Shown here: piece by piece, positions 1 to 10,500 of the stretch
Layout of the letters: every line of letters begins with the position of its first letter
How positions within the stretch are numbered: the first letter of the stretch is position 1
IMG/VR virus record: IMGVR_UViG_3300013195_000003
Coordinates: 14,524 to 78,523 of that record
Origin: a virus
Direction: 5' to 3' (one strand)
DNA length: 64,000 nucleotides
Translations under genes and position numbers: made by a program
The notes under the pieces: generated by a model
What the model saw: only the letters and a program-made list of their open reading frames with translations
Told to the model about the DNA's origin: nothing
The model's database searches: none

Positions 1-13
1 CTTCTCTAATTTT

Positions 14-454
14 TCAAAGACTGATTCCAAGATGATCCTCCGTGAGAATTAGAAAGTCCATTCTTCTATCATCACAGTAATTCTTTGCTGCCTTCCACTT
101 TGCAGTGTTCTTCATAAAAGTATTTACCTCCTGCAAATACTTTTTAGTCTTACGTTGAGGTGTCTTAGGTGGTTTCGTCTGCTTCTTTGGTTTGACCTCA
201 ACGATATATTTCTTTAGAGAACCATCCCTATCTCTGACCTTCACATAGAAGTCAGGATAATATCTGTGTACCCTACCATCAGTTGGGCAACGATATGGTA
301 TGATGATCTCTTCACTACCCCACTCCAATACATTCTCTTCTCTGTCGCAGTACTTCATAAACATAAGCTCCCAAGATGATCTGTAAAAGATCCTACGAGG
401 GTCGCCCTTGTACTTCTGGTAGTTCACTGGTTTGTACTGTCCAGAGTACGCCAT
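14..454 (-). CDS. gp4: Head completion nuclease (T4 gp4-like)
   Basis: Recognisable gp4 sequence (Y.G...P.N..KY.GD...I.YRSSWE...M.YCD, WGSEEI.IPY, H.YYPDF, EVKP.KQT). Confidence 0.9.
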   Translation of the reverse strand: MAYSGQYKPVNYQKYKGDPRRIFYRSSWELMFMKYCDREENVLEWGSEEIIIPYRCPTDGRVHRYYPDFYVKVRDRDGSLKKYIVEVKPKKQTKPPKTPQRKTKKYLQEVNTFMKNTAKWKAAKNYCDDRRMDFLILTEDHLGISL

Positions 455-482
455 AAATAAAATGTATCTTAAGCTATATTTA
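454..482. promoter_or_regulatory. Divergent pair of T4-type late promoters
   Basis: TAAATA at 454-459 (+) and its complement TATTTA at 477-482 (-), in the 29-nt gap between divergent gp4 and the gp54-like gene. Confidence 0.7.
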
Positions 483-483
483 G

Positions 484-1254
484 ATGGCGAATCTCTACGA
501 TGATTTGCGCAAGCAGCTAAAACGTGGTGGTGGCATTGCCAAGTCTAACCAATTTAGAGTTACCATCCCTGCAATCTGGCAGCTTGATCTGAAAGGATTT
601 GATGTCAGTAACGACACGCGAGAGTCGATGGAATTCTTGTGTAGTTCGGCGTCGTTACCTAGCGTGCAAGCAGCGACTGGACAGGTCAATGGATACTATA
701 CTGGACACAGTATGAAGTATCCAACGATGAAGATGTACAATGATCTATCATTGACCTTCATCTGTGATGCTAATATGACAGCGTACAAGGTCTTCCACGC
801 TTGGTTTGATAAGATTTTCCAAGAGGTAGATGGTAGTGGAAATGATATTGAGATGATGGAAGGGTGGACTCAAAGTCCTGATAGAGATAGAAATAGATTC
901 ACACGGGTAGCTTATCCTGATCAGTATCAGATGTCACTTCTGGTTGATAAGTTTGAACCTGGACCTGTCAACAGATCTCAAACTAAATCAATGAGATACT
1001 GGTTCCAGAAAGTCTATCCATATTCTATCGATGCCGTTCCCCTGGATGCAGGTACTACTACATTAGTTACTTGCACTGTCAATTTATACTATGAGAGATA
1101 TGAAGTACAGTTTGAGGATGCTCTGACTAACTTCAAATCTATGTCACAACTTGATCGTTATCCCTTACCTAAGTCGCTTCGTAAACAACTTAGGAGAATC
1201 AATGACAAGACTAAGAAGTTCTCGAAGAATTTAAAAGATGCGTTGGGTGACTGA
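484..1254 (+). CDS. Baseplate tail-tube initiator (gp54/gp19-like fold)
   Basis: KSNQFRVTI, LCSSASLP, L.LTFICD..M and TCTVNLYYERY motifs; position between gp4 and gp26 as in cyanomyoviruses. Confidence 0.7.
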   Translation: MANLYDDLRKQLKRGGGIAKSNQFRVTIPAIWQLDLKGFDVSNDTRESMEFLCSSASLPSVQAATGQVNGYYTGHSMKYPTMKMYNDLSLTFICDANMTAYKVFHAWFDKIFQEVDGSGNDIEMMEGWTQSPDRDRNRFTRVAYPDQYQMSLLVDKFEPGPVNRSQTKSMRYWFQKVYPYSIDAVPLDAGTTTLVTCTVNLYYERYEVQFEDALTNFKSMSQLDRYPLPKSLRKQLRRINDKTKKFSKNLKDALGD

Positions 1255-1257
1255 CGA

Positions 1258-1263
1258 TAAATA
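1258..1263 (+). promoter_or_regulatory. Late promoter TAAATA
   Basis: Exact TAAATA about 22 nt upstream of the gp26 ATG. Confidence 0.7.
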
Positions 1264-1284
1264 AATGTACTGAACTCGAACACT

Positions 1285-1998
1285 ATGGCTTTACCAAAAC
1301 TTGATGTACCTTCGTATACAACTGTTCTTCCCTCTACAGGGCAGACAATTAAGTATAGACCTTTCCTCGTTAAAGAAGAGAAGACACTTCTCCTTGCTTT
1401 AGAATCTGAAGATCAAAAACAAATTCAGGATGCAGTGGTTACACTGCTTACTAATTGCATCACGAGTCGCTTGAATATCAAGAGACTTGCAATGTTTGAT
1501 CTGGAATATTTGTTCCTGAAGATTCGTGCTAAGTCTGTGAGTGAATCTCTTGAGCTGAAAGTCACCTGTACAGATGATAATGAAACTCAAGTTGATGTTG
1601 AAATTGACTTGGAAGATGTGGAGGTTTTAATACCTAAAGAACATACTGATATTGTTGAGTTGACAGAAGATGTGTCTGTCAAGATGAAGTATCCTTCTCT
1701 GGATCAGTTCATCAAAAATAATTTTGGTGATACTGAAACTAAACCTGAAGAAGTATTTGAGCTGATTGCTGAATGCATTGATCAAATTATTGATGGTGAT
1801 GAAGTCCACGAGTCTTCATCGTCTAGTAAGAAAGAATTGATTGCATTCCTTGATAGTCTTACATCGCAACAGTTCCTTAACATACAGGAATTCTTTGCGA
1901 CTATGCCTAAATTAACACATACATTCAGTGTAGTTAATCCGAACACAAAAGAAAGATGTGAGTATACCCTGGAGGGTTTAGCGTCTTTTTTCGGGTAA
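1285..1998 (+). CDS. gp26: Baseplate hub subunit
   Basis: MALPKL..P.Y...LPSTG..IKYRPFLVKEEK.LLLA.E and LEGLASFF are characteristic of gp26. Confidence 0.9.
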   Translation: MALPKLDVPSYTTVLPSTGQTIKYRPFLVKEEKTLLLALESEDQKQIQDAVVTLLTNCITSRLNIKRLAMFDLEYLFLKIRAKSVSESLELKVTCTDDNETQVDVEIDLEDVEVLIPKEHTDIVELTEDVSVKMKYPSLDQFIKNNFGDTETKPEEVFELIAECIDQIIDGDEVHESSSSSKKELIAFLDSLTSQQFLNIQEFFATMPKLTHTFSVVNPNTKERCEYTLEGLASFFG

Positions 1999-2000
1999 CG

Positions 2001-2171
2001 ATGTCCTATAATTCTCTAGAGAATTATTTTAGGACAAACTTCGCACTAATGCAGCATCACAAATACAGTCTTACTGAGATTGAAAATATGATGCCGTGGG
2101 AAAGAGAAGTATACATTGCTCTCCTTCTTGCATACATTGAAGAAGAGAAACTTAAACAACAAACAGGGTAA
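2001..2171 (+). CDS. gp51: Baseplate hub assembly catalyst (56 aa; not in the ORF track)
   Basis: My translation gives MSYNSLENYFRTNFALMQHHKYSLTEIENMMPWEREVYIALLLAYIEEEKLKQQTG*, the typical gp51 motif; directly follows gp26. Confidence 0.88.
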   Translation: MSYNSLENYFRTNFALMQHHKYSLTEIENMMPWEREVYIALLLAYIEEEKLKQQTG

Positions 2172-5100
2172 ATGGCGTCCGAAAGTAAAATACAAGCGCT
2201 GCTTACGGTCAATAGTGCTCAGCTTCAAGCACAGAGTGCCCAGATCAATGCGCAGAAGATCACTAACAATCTTTTATCTGATGTCCTGAATGCTCAGATA
2301 AAAACTAATGGTCTTCTGGGTGCACAGAATGCCATTTCTAGGAAGCGTGTTAGTGCGGACAAGTTCTCTGCTCAAGAGAATGCCATTGAGAAGTTTAGAA
2401 AAAAGAATGTAGGTAAGAAATCTGATATAAAACTACCAGGCAAGATTAACTGGAAGAATGTTCTGGGTCTTGGTGCTCTTACTCTTGGTGTTGCTGCCCT
2501 TGTCTCAGCTATTGATGGCATATCGAGAGGTCTTGCTGGTTTTGCAGACAGATTGGATGGTATTGCTCAAGGACTAGAAGACTTTGAAGTCAAGGTAAGA
2601 GAGACTGCAGGTAAAGTTAGAGATTTCTTGACACCCATTCCTGGGTTTAGTATGTTTGGTTTGCGCCAAGCATCTATGGGTGTTGACGCTGCTAAGTCTG
2701 GTAGGTATGCGACCACTGGTCGTCAAGTTCGTGGTGCTGTTGGTAAAGGGATAGCAAATGCAGCAAGAGGAACTGCTAATTTAACTGGCAAAGCAATCAA
2801 AGGAACTGGCAATCTAGCTCTCGATGGTGTTGAAGCTGGTTTAAACAGAATTGCTGCCACTAATACTGCTACGATAGCTGACAAACTAGATGACATTGCT
2901 ATCAGACAGGGAGCACGTGCACGTAGTACAACTTTAGCAACTGGTCTTACTCCTAAGACTTTAAAAGATTCTCTTGTCTCTGCTTTAAAAACTACTAGAG
3001 AAAAAGCTGCTGGTTTTGTAAGTAGTACAAGACAGGGAGCAGGGAGAGGTTTAGATGCAATAAAAGCTGCCCCTGGCAATCTCAATACACAGCGTAAGCT
3101 GTTTATGCAGGGCATCACTGGTGCCGATGATGTATCTGTTCTCCGCACTGCAGGTCGCCCCTTCCCGAACGTTGCACGTGGTGCTGGTAGTCTTGCGGAT
3201 GAAGTGGGTGGTTTCTTCCGTGCTGGTAGAGGTCTTAGGACAGGTGCTCAGAATGCTGTCAGTGCTACTAGACAAGCAGTCTCTGCGGCAACTCCGCAGG
3301 GAGTCAAGCAGTTTATCGCAGTCTCGAAAGCTGCTGGTCCTCAAGCTGCAATCCTTGGTGTCTTTGATGACATAGTTAAGAACCTTAAGAACCTTAAGGT
3401 AAAAACTATTACTTCTTTGGGTAGTGCATTGAAAGCATTGCCTGGACAGTTTGCAACCTTAGGTAAGTCATTAAAGGGTTTTGCTGGTGGTATTAAGACT
3501 GCTGTTGCAAACTTTGATCTAGGTAAAGCTGCCATCCAAGTAAGTAAAGTTGGATCGCGTGGTGCTCAGGGTCTTGCTAAAGGTGCTGCTGGTATTGTTC
3601 GTGGTGTTCCTGGTGCTGCTGGCAAACTTGCTGAAACAATTTCGAGAGCGAGAGCACCGATGATTGGTCCAAAACCACCGCCAGGACTGCTAAGTAGAAC
3701 TGGTACTATGCTTAAAGATGGAGCTGGTGCTGCCGTGAAGGGCACTGGATCTGTTCTCAAGCGCTTTCCTGTCCTTGGTTCCTTGATCTCTGCTGGTTTC
3801 GGTGCTCTGGAAGCGAACACTGAGGAGATGGAGAGACTGAGGGCAGAGAATCCTGAGATGACTGATGAACAGATTAAAGCTGGTCTTGCTGATGGCACTC
3901 TGAAGAAAGACAAAGCGAAGATCATTGGTAGATCTGCTGGTGCTGGCGCAGGTGCTGGTGTCGGTACCGTGGTCGGTGGTATCCTGGGTAGTGCTCTCGG
4001 TCCTATCGGTACTGCTGTTGGTGCAGCAGCTGGTGCCTGGTTGGGTGAGAACGTTGGTAAGTTCCTGGGTGAAGGATTCGCCAACACATTCAAGACATTC
4101 GACTGGGGTAAGACTTTCGGTCCTGTGATTGATACGTTTAAATCACTTGCTGGTTCTATTACAGGTGCATTGGATGCTGTCGCTGGTGCCTTTGGTATCA
4201 AAGGTGATGGAGAAGGTGGTAGTGGTGGATTCATTGTAGCTCTCAAAAATATTGGTAGAATTATTGGTATTATTGCCAAGCTTTTACTGAAGACTCTAGC
4301 ACCAGCACTTAATCTTGTTATGAATACGATTAAGGCAGTTGTTGACGGAATTACTATGCTGATCAAGGGTATCAGCGCTGTCATAGGAGGAGTATTTAAT
4401 TTAGTTAAAGGTATTACTAGCAATCCTCTTATGCAAGTGCTTCCTGGAGTAAAAGAGCTTAATGCTCTTTTGAGTGGTGGCAATGGTGATATTATTGGTA
4501 GCATCAGCAATTTTATTGATGGTAATCCACAACCTGCTGTTGATCCTGCAGCTGGACAGAATGATCCAGACTTACCTCAGGGTGGTCGTGAACCTAGAAA
4601 AAGAAAACGTGGGTACGGTATAGGTGGAGGATTTAATTTGTTCAACCCATTCTCCTGGGGTAAATCAGTTAATGAAAGTATTGATAATGCTAGAGATAAT
4701 GCAAACCTTGGTGGTAATGCATTTGGATACAACAACAGGTACAAGAATGTAACTGATCCAAATATGCGGAGGATGCTTGGTTTGCCTGAGGGTGGTCGTA
4801 CACCTAAGCAAAAGGGTAGAGGAGGTAAAGGAGGACGTGGCCACGGTATAATGTCTCTTGGAGGACGTGGCCGCGGCATAGGTGGTCCTGCTGTACGAGT
4901 TAGCTCACACCGTGGGATGCGTTGGGGTAGAATGCACCAAGGCGTTGACATCGCTCCTACTGGCAGCAAGTTACATATGCCTATGTACTTGCCGAAGCCT
5001 GCTAAAATTGTAGACAAACGTCGTGAAGGAGGCGGTGATGCTGGATATGGCAACTCGATTTACTTCACCACCAGCGATGGCATCACCCATCTGTATGCTC

Positions 5101-5708
5101 ATATGAAAAATCCTAGCAAACTTAAGGTTGGATCTCATTATCCAGCTGGAACACAGGTTGGACTGATGGGTTACTCTGGAAACACAGATCCAAAAGGTCC
5201 CGATGGCACTCACCTTCATTGGGAAACAGGAACTAATGAAGCTGATGTGGGTCGTTCTGGTAGTAGTCTGTTCGATCCACTGTCGAAGTATAGTAAGTTT
5301 GCTCCTTTTAAAGGGACTCCTGGTTCGGATGGTCCTGACAGTGATTACGATCCTGCTTCTGTGCAAAATCCTTCAGAATATAGCGACCGTAGTTCTGGTT
5401 TATTAGTGTCTCCTGCCACTAATATGGTTAGAGATTTTGCGACAAATGTTCGTAATACTGGTGAAAGATTGCAGAAGAGTATGGAATCTCAGGGTATGGA
5501 ATCTGGTCTTGCTGCCTCTCTTGGTGCAGCACTAGCACCATTGGGCAACCTGAAGCAGTCTCTGATGGAAGCTGTAAGTGCTGGACGCCCTGCGCCTGCT
5601 GTTGGAAGCGCTGATGGTGGTGGTGTGTCTAGTGATGGTGATGTTTCAATGTTCCCCACCTCCTCACCAGTTAGAGATGGTGGTCACGTGTTCCAAGGAG
5701 ATGTTTGA
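2172..5708 (+). CDS. gp29-like hub/tape-measure-type protein with C-terminal M23 peptidase domain
   Basis: Long Ala/Gly/Lys-rich helical region with hydrophobic glycine-zipper segments; M23 motifs HQGVDIA (HxxxD), GYGNSI, YAHM and HLHWE at about 4900-5230. Confidence 0.7.
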   Translation: MASESKIQALLTVNSAQLQAQSAQINAQKITNNLLSDVLNAQIKTNGLLGAQNAISRKRVSADKFSAQENAIEKFRKKNVGKKSDIKLPGKINWKNVLGLGALTLGVAALVSAIDGISRGLAGFADRLDGIAQGLEDFEVKVRETAGKVRDFLTPIPGFSMFGLRQASMGVDAAKSGRYATTGRQVRGAVGKGIANAARGTANLTGKAIKGTGNLALDGVEAGLNRIAATNTATIADKLDDIAIRQGARARSTTLATGLTPKTLKDSLVSALKTTREKAAGFVSSTRQGAGRGLDAIKAAPGNLNTQRKLFMQGITGADDVSVLRTAGRPFPNVARGAGSLADEVGGFFRAGRGLRTGAQNAVSATRQAVSAATPQGVKQFIAVSKAAGPQAAILGVFDDIVKNLKNLKVKTITSLGSALKALPGQFATLGKSLKGFAGGIKTAVANFDLGKAAIQVSKVGSRGAQGLAKGAAGIVRGVPGAAGKLAETISRARAPMIGPKPPPGLLSRTGTMLKDGAGAAVKGTGSVLKRFPVLGSLISAGFGALEANTEEMERLRAENPEMTDEQIKAGLADGTLKKDKAKIIGRSAGAGAGAGVGTVVGGILGSALGPIGTAVGAAAGAWLGENVGKFLGEGFANTFKTFDWGKTFGPVIDTFKSLAGSITGALDAVAGAFGIKGDGEGGSGGFIVALKNIGRIIGIIAKLLLKTLAPALNLVMNTIKAVVDGITMLIKGISAVIGGVFNLVKGITSNPLMQVLPGVKELNALLSGGNGDIIGSISNFIDGNPQPAVDPAAGQNDPDLPQGGREPRKRKRGYGIGGGFNLFNPFSWGKSVNESIDNARDNANLGGNAFGYNNRYKNVTDPNMRRMLGLPEGGRTPKQKGRGGKGGRGHGIMSLGGRGRGIGGPAVRVSSHRGMRWGRMHQGVDIAPTGSKLHMPMYLPKPAKIVDKRREGGGDAGYGNSIYFTTSDGITHLYAHMKNPSKLKVGSHYPAGTQVGLMGYSGNTDPKGPDGTHLHWETGTNEADVGRSGSSLFDPLSKYSKFAPFKGTPGSDGPDSDYDPASVQNPSEYSDRSSGLLVSPATNMVRDFATNVRNTGERLQKSMESQGMESGLAASLGAALAPLGNLKQSLMEAVSAGRPAPAVGSADGGGVSSDGDVSMFPTSSPVRDGGHVFQGDV

Positions 5709-7057
5709 TGGCTGAAGCAGTAACAGAAGCACAAGTAGGTTGGAAACTAGTAGATTGTAAAATCATAATGGATGGTGGGTCGGAGATTCCGTTGACGACT
5801 AACCTGAATACTTTTACTTACTATGAAGATCTCGAAAGGATTTGTCCTACTGCAACAGCGGTTCTTAATGACTTAGGTTCGCAGGATCTACCACTGTCAG
5901 GTGGAGAACAGTTTATAATTACACTGGTCACTGATCAAACTTCCGAAGAGGAAGTAACTCACGAGTTTATTGTTGGTAGCAATGGTACTCCTTTCATTGC
6001 TTTTAAAGGAAAGTATACGACACTTAATCTGATTAAAAAAGACAGCAAAGTATTCTCTACCTTCAAGGCGATGAATACTTACAAGGGTACAGGTGATAGT
6101 ATTATGGCGCTTGCATTTCAGGATGCAAAGATGGAACAACCTCTTCGAGCGATGGGTCCTGCACCATTTAATAAGCTGCTGATTCCTGGTGAAGGTATCT
6201 CTCTTGACAAACTGGCAAGGAGAGTTTGTACACAGTCTATTCCTCAGGCAGGAGAACAAGCAAACACCTGTGGATATTTCTTGTGGGGAACAAGAATGGG
6301 ATATAACTTTGCTTCAATCGATCATCTTTTATCTACAGGAAATGATGCATACAGTGGCATCAAACCTTTCTGGGAATACTATCAAGCACCTTCAAATACT
6401 AATCAGGTCCCAGCTCACCTAATCATCCAACACTATTCAGTCAAGAGAGATGGTGATCTCAAAGCAATGGCTGACAAAGGTGTGTTTGCTGCTATACTTG
6501 CAGTGACCAACACAGACACTCAAGAATTCAAGGAAGAAAGGTGGAACTTACAGGACCACTGGAGTAAATGGGGTCACATTGGCACCCAAACTGCCTTCCC
6601 TGAATGGATGGTCAAGTGGTTGGACGAATACCTCACCTCCACATCTAACAACACAGCTGCAATTAGAACCTTTAAGATTGACACAACTAATGAAGCATTC
6701 TTTAACGAGGAAGAACAGGCAGCTGAAGTTGTTGGTAGAGATGGTGGTGATGTAGAAACCGAGTACCCTGATTGGGGTCCTTATACTATTTGTCAATACA
6801 ATGCACGACGTGCTACAATGGCAATGAATGTGACCAACGTTGTCGTTCCTGGCAATTCTCAGTTAAAAGCTGGAGACAAAATTAATTTGCACATCCAGTC
6901 TTCTAAACCTGACCACGCCAAGGATGCTGACGATGAGGATCTTCGTAGAAGCGGTGCCTATCTTATCTTTAGGATAGCGCATAGATATACTATGACACCT
7001 CGCGAGTGTTTTACTGCTGCCACACTCGTTAAGGACTCTATGAATAAAAATTGTTAA
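5705..7057 (+). CDS. Probable baseplate hub protein (gp27-like)
   Basis: Position between gp29-like and gp5; C-terminal VVVPGNSQLKAGDKI..I and SGAYLI..IAHRY pattern typical of gp27/gpD-type hubs. Confidence 0.55.
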   Translation: MMAEAVTEAQVGWKLVDCKIIMDGGSEIPLTTNLNTFTYYEDLERICPTATAVLNDLGSQDLPLSGGEQFIITLVTDQTSEEEVTHEFIVGSNGTPFIAFKGKYTTLNLIKKDSKVFSTFKAMNTYKGTGDSIMALAFQDAKMEQPLRAMGPAPFNKLLIPGEGISLDKLARRVCTQSIPQAGEQANTCGYFLWGTRMGYNFASIDHLLSTGNDAYSGIKPFWEYYQAPSNTNQVPAHLIIQHYSVKRDGDLKAMADKGVFAAILAVTNTDTQEFKEERWNLQDHWSKWGHIGTQTAFPEWMVKWLDEYLTSTSNNTAAIRTFKIDTTNEAFFNEEEQAAEVVGRDGGDVETEYPDWGPYTICQYNARRATMAMNVTNVVVPGNSQLKAGDKINLHIQSSKPDHAKDADDEDLRRSGAYLIFRIAHRYTMTPRECFTAATLVKDSMNKNC

Positions 7058-7059
7058 CA

Positions 7060-7248
7060 ATGAACAAAGAATTTCTCGAACAATATCCACCCGAAATGAC
7101 CCGTGGTCTCTCTGCAGTACTGGACAAGATTGCAGAGGAAAAAGATACAGTTGTTCTTGCCAAATTGTATGGTCAATTAGCATTGGGACTCGAAAGACTC
7201 AAAGCACAGATTGAAGATCGTGATGCCAAAGGTGTTGATCAGATCTGA
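7060..7248 (+). CDS. Hypothetical protein
   Basis: Short helical ORF in operon context (ATG 7060; upstream TTG 7051 also possible). Confidence 0.5.
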   Translation: MNKEFLEQYPPEMTRGLSAVLDKIAEEKDTVVLAKLYGQLALGLERLKAQIEDRDAKGVDQI

Positions 7249-7257
7249 AATCTCGAA

Positions 7258-7263
7258 TAAATA
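7258..7263 (+). promoter_or_regulatory. Late promoter TAAATA
   Basis: Exact TAAATA upstream of cp12/gp5. Confidence 0.6.
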
Positions 7264-7275
7264 AACCAGAATTCT

Positions 7276-7316
7276 GGAAAAAAAACTCCGCCAAAAAATC
7301 ACCCCTTTAGGTTTTT
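7276..7316 (+). repeat. 41-nt intergenic motif, copy A
   Basis: GGAAAAAAAACTCCGCCAAAAAATCACCCCTTTAGGTTTTT; 33/41 identical, ungapped, to 12688-12728. Confidence 0.8.
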
Positions 7317-7319
7317 CAA

Positions 7320-7547
7320 ATGGACTCCATCGAACAACACATCGAGAAGGATAAAAAGATCCTCGAAGATCCTACTACTTCTCCACAAGCACGTCGTCAC
7401 ATCGAAGAAGAGTTACACGATTTAGAAGAATACGTAGAGCATCACAAAGAAGAAATTGAAGCTGGTGATCATCACGATCCCTCACCCCTTGAACTATACT
7501 GTGACCAGCAACCTGGCGCACCTGAGTGCAAAATTCACGATAACTAA
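7320..7547 (+). CDS. cp12: CP12 Calvin-cycle inhibitor (auxiliary metabolic gene)
   Basis: C-terminal HDPSPLELYCDQQPGAPECKIHD matches the CP12 C-terminal Cys-x8-Cys loop; N-terminus typical of the cyanophage form. Confidence 0.9.
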   Translation: MDSIEQHIEKDKKILEDPTTSPQARRHIEEELHDLEEYVEHHKEEIEAGDHHDPSPLELYCDQQPGAPECKIHDN

Positions 7548-10500
7548 TGTCCGATAACTCTTACAATGTAGCCAATACACGAGACCTTTTTGCTATGCAA
7601 AAGGGTTTCGTTGAGGATGTGCGTGACCCAAAAGGTTCAGGGAGGGTCAAGGTACGAATCATTAATAAAGAGTTCCGTACTGGAGACGGTGGTCAATTCA
7701 TACCTGTTCCTGCAACTGAAGATCTGCCTTGGGCAGCTGTCTTAATGCCTGTGAATGCATCAGGTGGTTCTGCCACCTGTGCATCCAATCATAATATTAA
7801 GTCGGGTGATATCGTTTGGTGTATCTTTGTTAATGGTGATTCACGACAAAGACTTGTCATTGGATCGCAAGGTGCCGTTGCAAATGCTAGTTCAAAAAAA
7901 CCAGGGACTGAATATGGTCCTCTGCAGAGATATATCTCTCAGGATAAAAACACAGGTGACTCACCCAATCCTGCCCTTCACGTTTCGAGCGACCAGAAAG
8001 AAAAGAATAAGAACTTAGGTGTCAAACCTGTCGGTGCTATGGGTGACGACGATCAAAGTCGAGCACTTGAAGCGCTGAATGCCGATTACTCTCCTGGTGG
8101 CAATAAAGCTGGTGCGTTTTCAGTCGCTGTTGCAGATGGCAAATGTGCATCTAACCCTGCAACTAAGATGGACACCATCTTGGCTGAGTTCTTTGGTGCG
8201 GTTCAATCTACGAGTGGTAACGTTGGTTCTTATTACATCAGTAAGTATACTGGTGAGTTGTTTGATATCCAACGTATTGCTAAAGGATACATCAGTAGAA
8301 TTCAGAACATCGTTGAAGCTCTGATCTCTAGAGCTTTCGGTGAACTGATGGCGAAACTGAAGGAAGTCATTCAAAAACTAGTGAAGGCGTTGCTTGCTCC
8401 TTTGCCTGGTTGTTTGAAGCAGGTTGTTGATTGGTTCACCCAAGCTTTGGAGAAGATGGGTTGCTCTATGGGCGACATCTTTGGAAGAGTTTCTGACTTT
8501 GTAACCAGCACTCTTGAGGGATATGTTGGTAGTGTTGTCAACTGGGCTGCTTGTCAGACTAAGCGTCTTACAGATGGTATTCTGGGTAATATTCTTGGCG
8601 AAATTACAGGTGTTATTGATGATGTCTTTGGTAGTATTTCCTCCGTTCTAGGTGCCATTGGTTCCGTAGGTGACGTTGTTGGTGGTGCCATCAGTTCAGT
8701 GATGTCCATCCTTGGCATCTCTTGTACTGGTACTGCAGCTTGCTCTGATGGTCCTCCGAAGAAGTCTAGTAAGTCTGGTGCTTTCTCTGGTCTGAAGGGT
8801 GGTTACAACGATCTGGATGAGATTCTGCAGAATCTTCAAGATGGTCCTCAGTTCCCGATCAATGGTGTCTGTGATGCTGCTACAGTTCCAGCAGTTCCCA
8901 CAACTGAAGTTAATGTCTGGGGTCCTCAGCTTTATGATGATATTAATGACGGCAATCTCGATGACATCAATGATATTGATGATCTGAATGATGATGACGA
9001 CTCTAAGAAGAGGAAGAGGAAGAATAGAAGGAAAGAGAATGGAGGCGAACCTGATGGTCCTAATGGTGACGGTGACAACAACGGTAACAGAAGAAGACGA
9101 AGAAAAGGAAAAGATGATCCTGATGACCCAGGTGGACGCGCAAGAAAAAGATACTTGCAAAAGAGAAAAGCACGTTGTGCACAGCGTTTCTTCCGTGTTG
9201 GCGATGCCCGAGGCACAAAAGGTCAAAAGATTCCTGTTCAACTGAGAAGGAATGGCGACCTCACAGGTGGTTCTGCTATCAGTTACTATACAGTTGATGG
9301 TACTGCTAAAGCTGGCGAAGATTACTGTCCTGCTTCAGGGTATCTTGGATTTGGCGAAGGGCAAAGTGAATCTACAATTGAAATCACCACACTTAATACT
9401 ACTCAGACATCTTCTGCATTTGCAGAGGTCGAAGTTGATATCGAATTCTTTGTAGATGATGATCCTGCCAGATCTGATGTTGCTCTCGATGGATTTAGTA
9501 TCGGAGATAAAACTTTCAGGAGAAAGAACACTAAGGAACCGCATACTCAGACAAAAACAGTCAAACTCCTCGCCCCTGTCCGTAACACTAACAAGGGTGG
9601 TAAAGAGCAAAAGAGATATAGGATTAACTATATTAATCTTAATCCTGAGTACAATACACTCAACAAAAAACTCAAAGTTAATTCTAGGAAAAAGAAAATT
9701 ACCCTAGACGATAACATTTCTAATGGTATTGATGTCAATGCAACTATTAGTATTAAAGCTGTGAGAGGTGGTACTGCTTTCTTCAGTTCAGGTGGTAATG
9801 CTGGTAGGTTTATTGACGTGCAAGCTCGTCCTAAGAAAGAACCAAAAGGACCACCCAAAGGTATACAAGTCAACAATACTGTCACTGAGCAAGCTGACGA
9901 AGAAGGATGTAAGTACTTCTACGTCAAGATGAAGATGAATGATGGTTGCGGCAAGATCAGGAAAAAAACTGGTGTTGTCATTATGTGTCCCCCCACTACT
10001 CAACCACCACCAGTTAATCCTCCTACAGTTGTTCCTGTTGATCCTCCACCACTTACTCCTGCAGTCCTTCAACTGGATGTTCCTTACTACAATCTAACAG
10101 CTGACAGATCATCTGTATTTGAAGGCGAGATCGTTACATTTACTCTTGACACAGCAAATGTTGAGGAAGGTTCAACTGTTAACTACACAGTTGGTAGAGC
10201 TGAAACAGGTATCACCCTTAATGACATCTCTTGGATTGAACAAGACGGTGTGAAGCGTAAGGTTACAACTGATGCTGACCTGGCAGGAACTTTCACAGTT
10301 GGTGAAGATGGAAGTGATTCCATCAGAATTAAACTTAGAGAAGATAATATCGTAGAGAATGATAGTGAAGTTTCTGAACAAGTTATTGTTCAGTTGAATG
10401 GACTTTCAGTTGCTGCTGGTTGTCTGGTTCTTGATCCTCTTGACTTCGATAACGATCTTACCCCTGGTACTGCTACAGTTGATATTATTCCCGAACGTGA

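Noticed and set aside
8935-9170. Arg/Lys-rich tract in gp5 as a eukaryote-type nuclear localisation signal
   Set aside because: The host is evidently a cyanobacterium; this is more simply a disordered charged linker.
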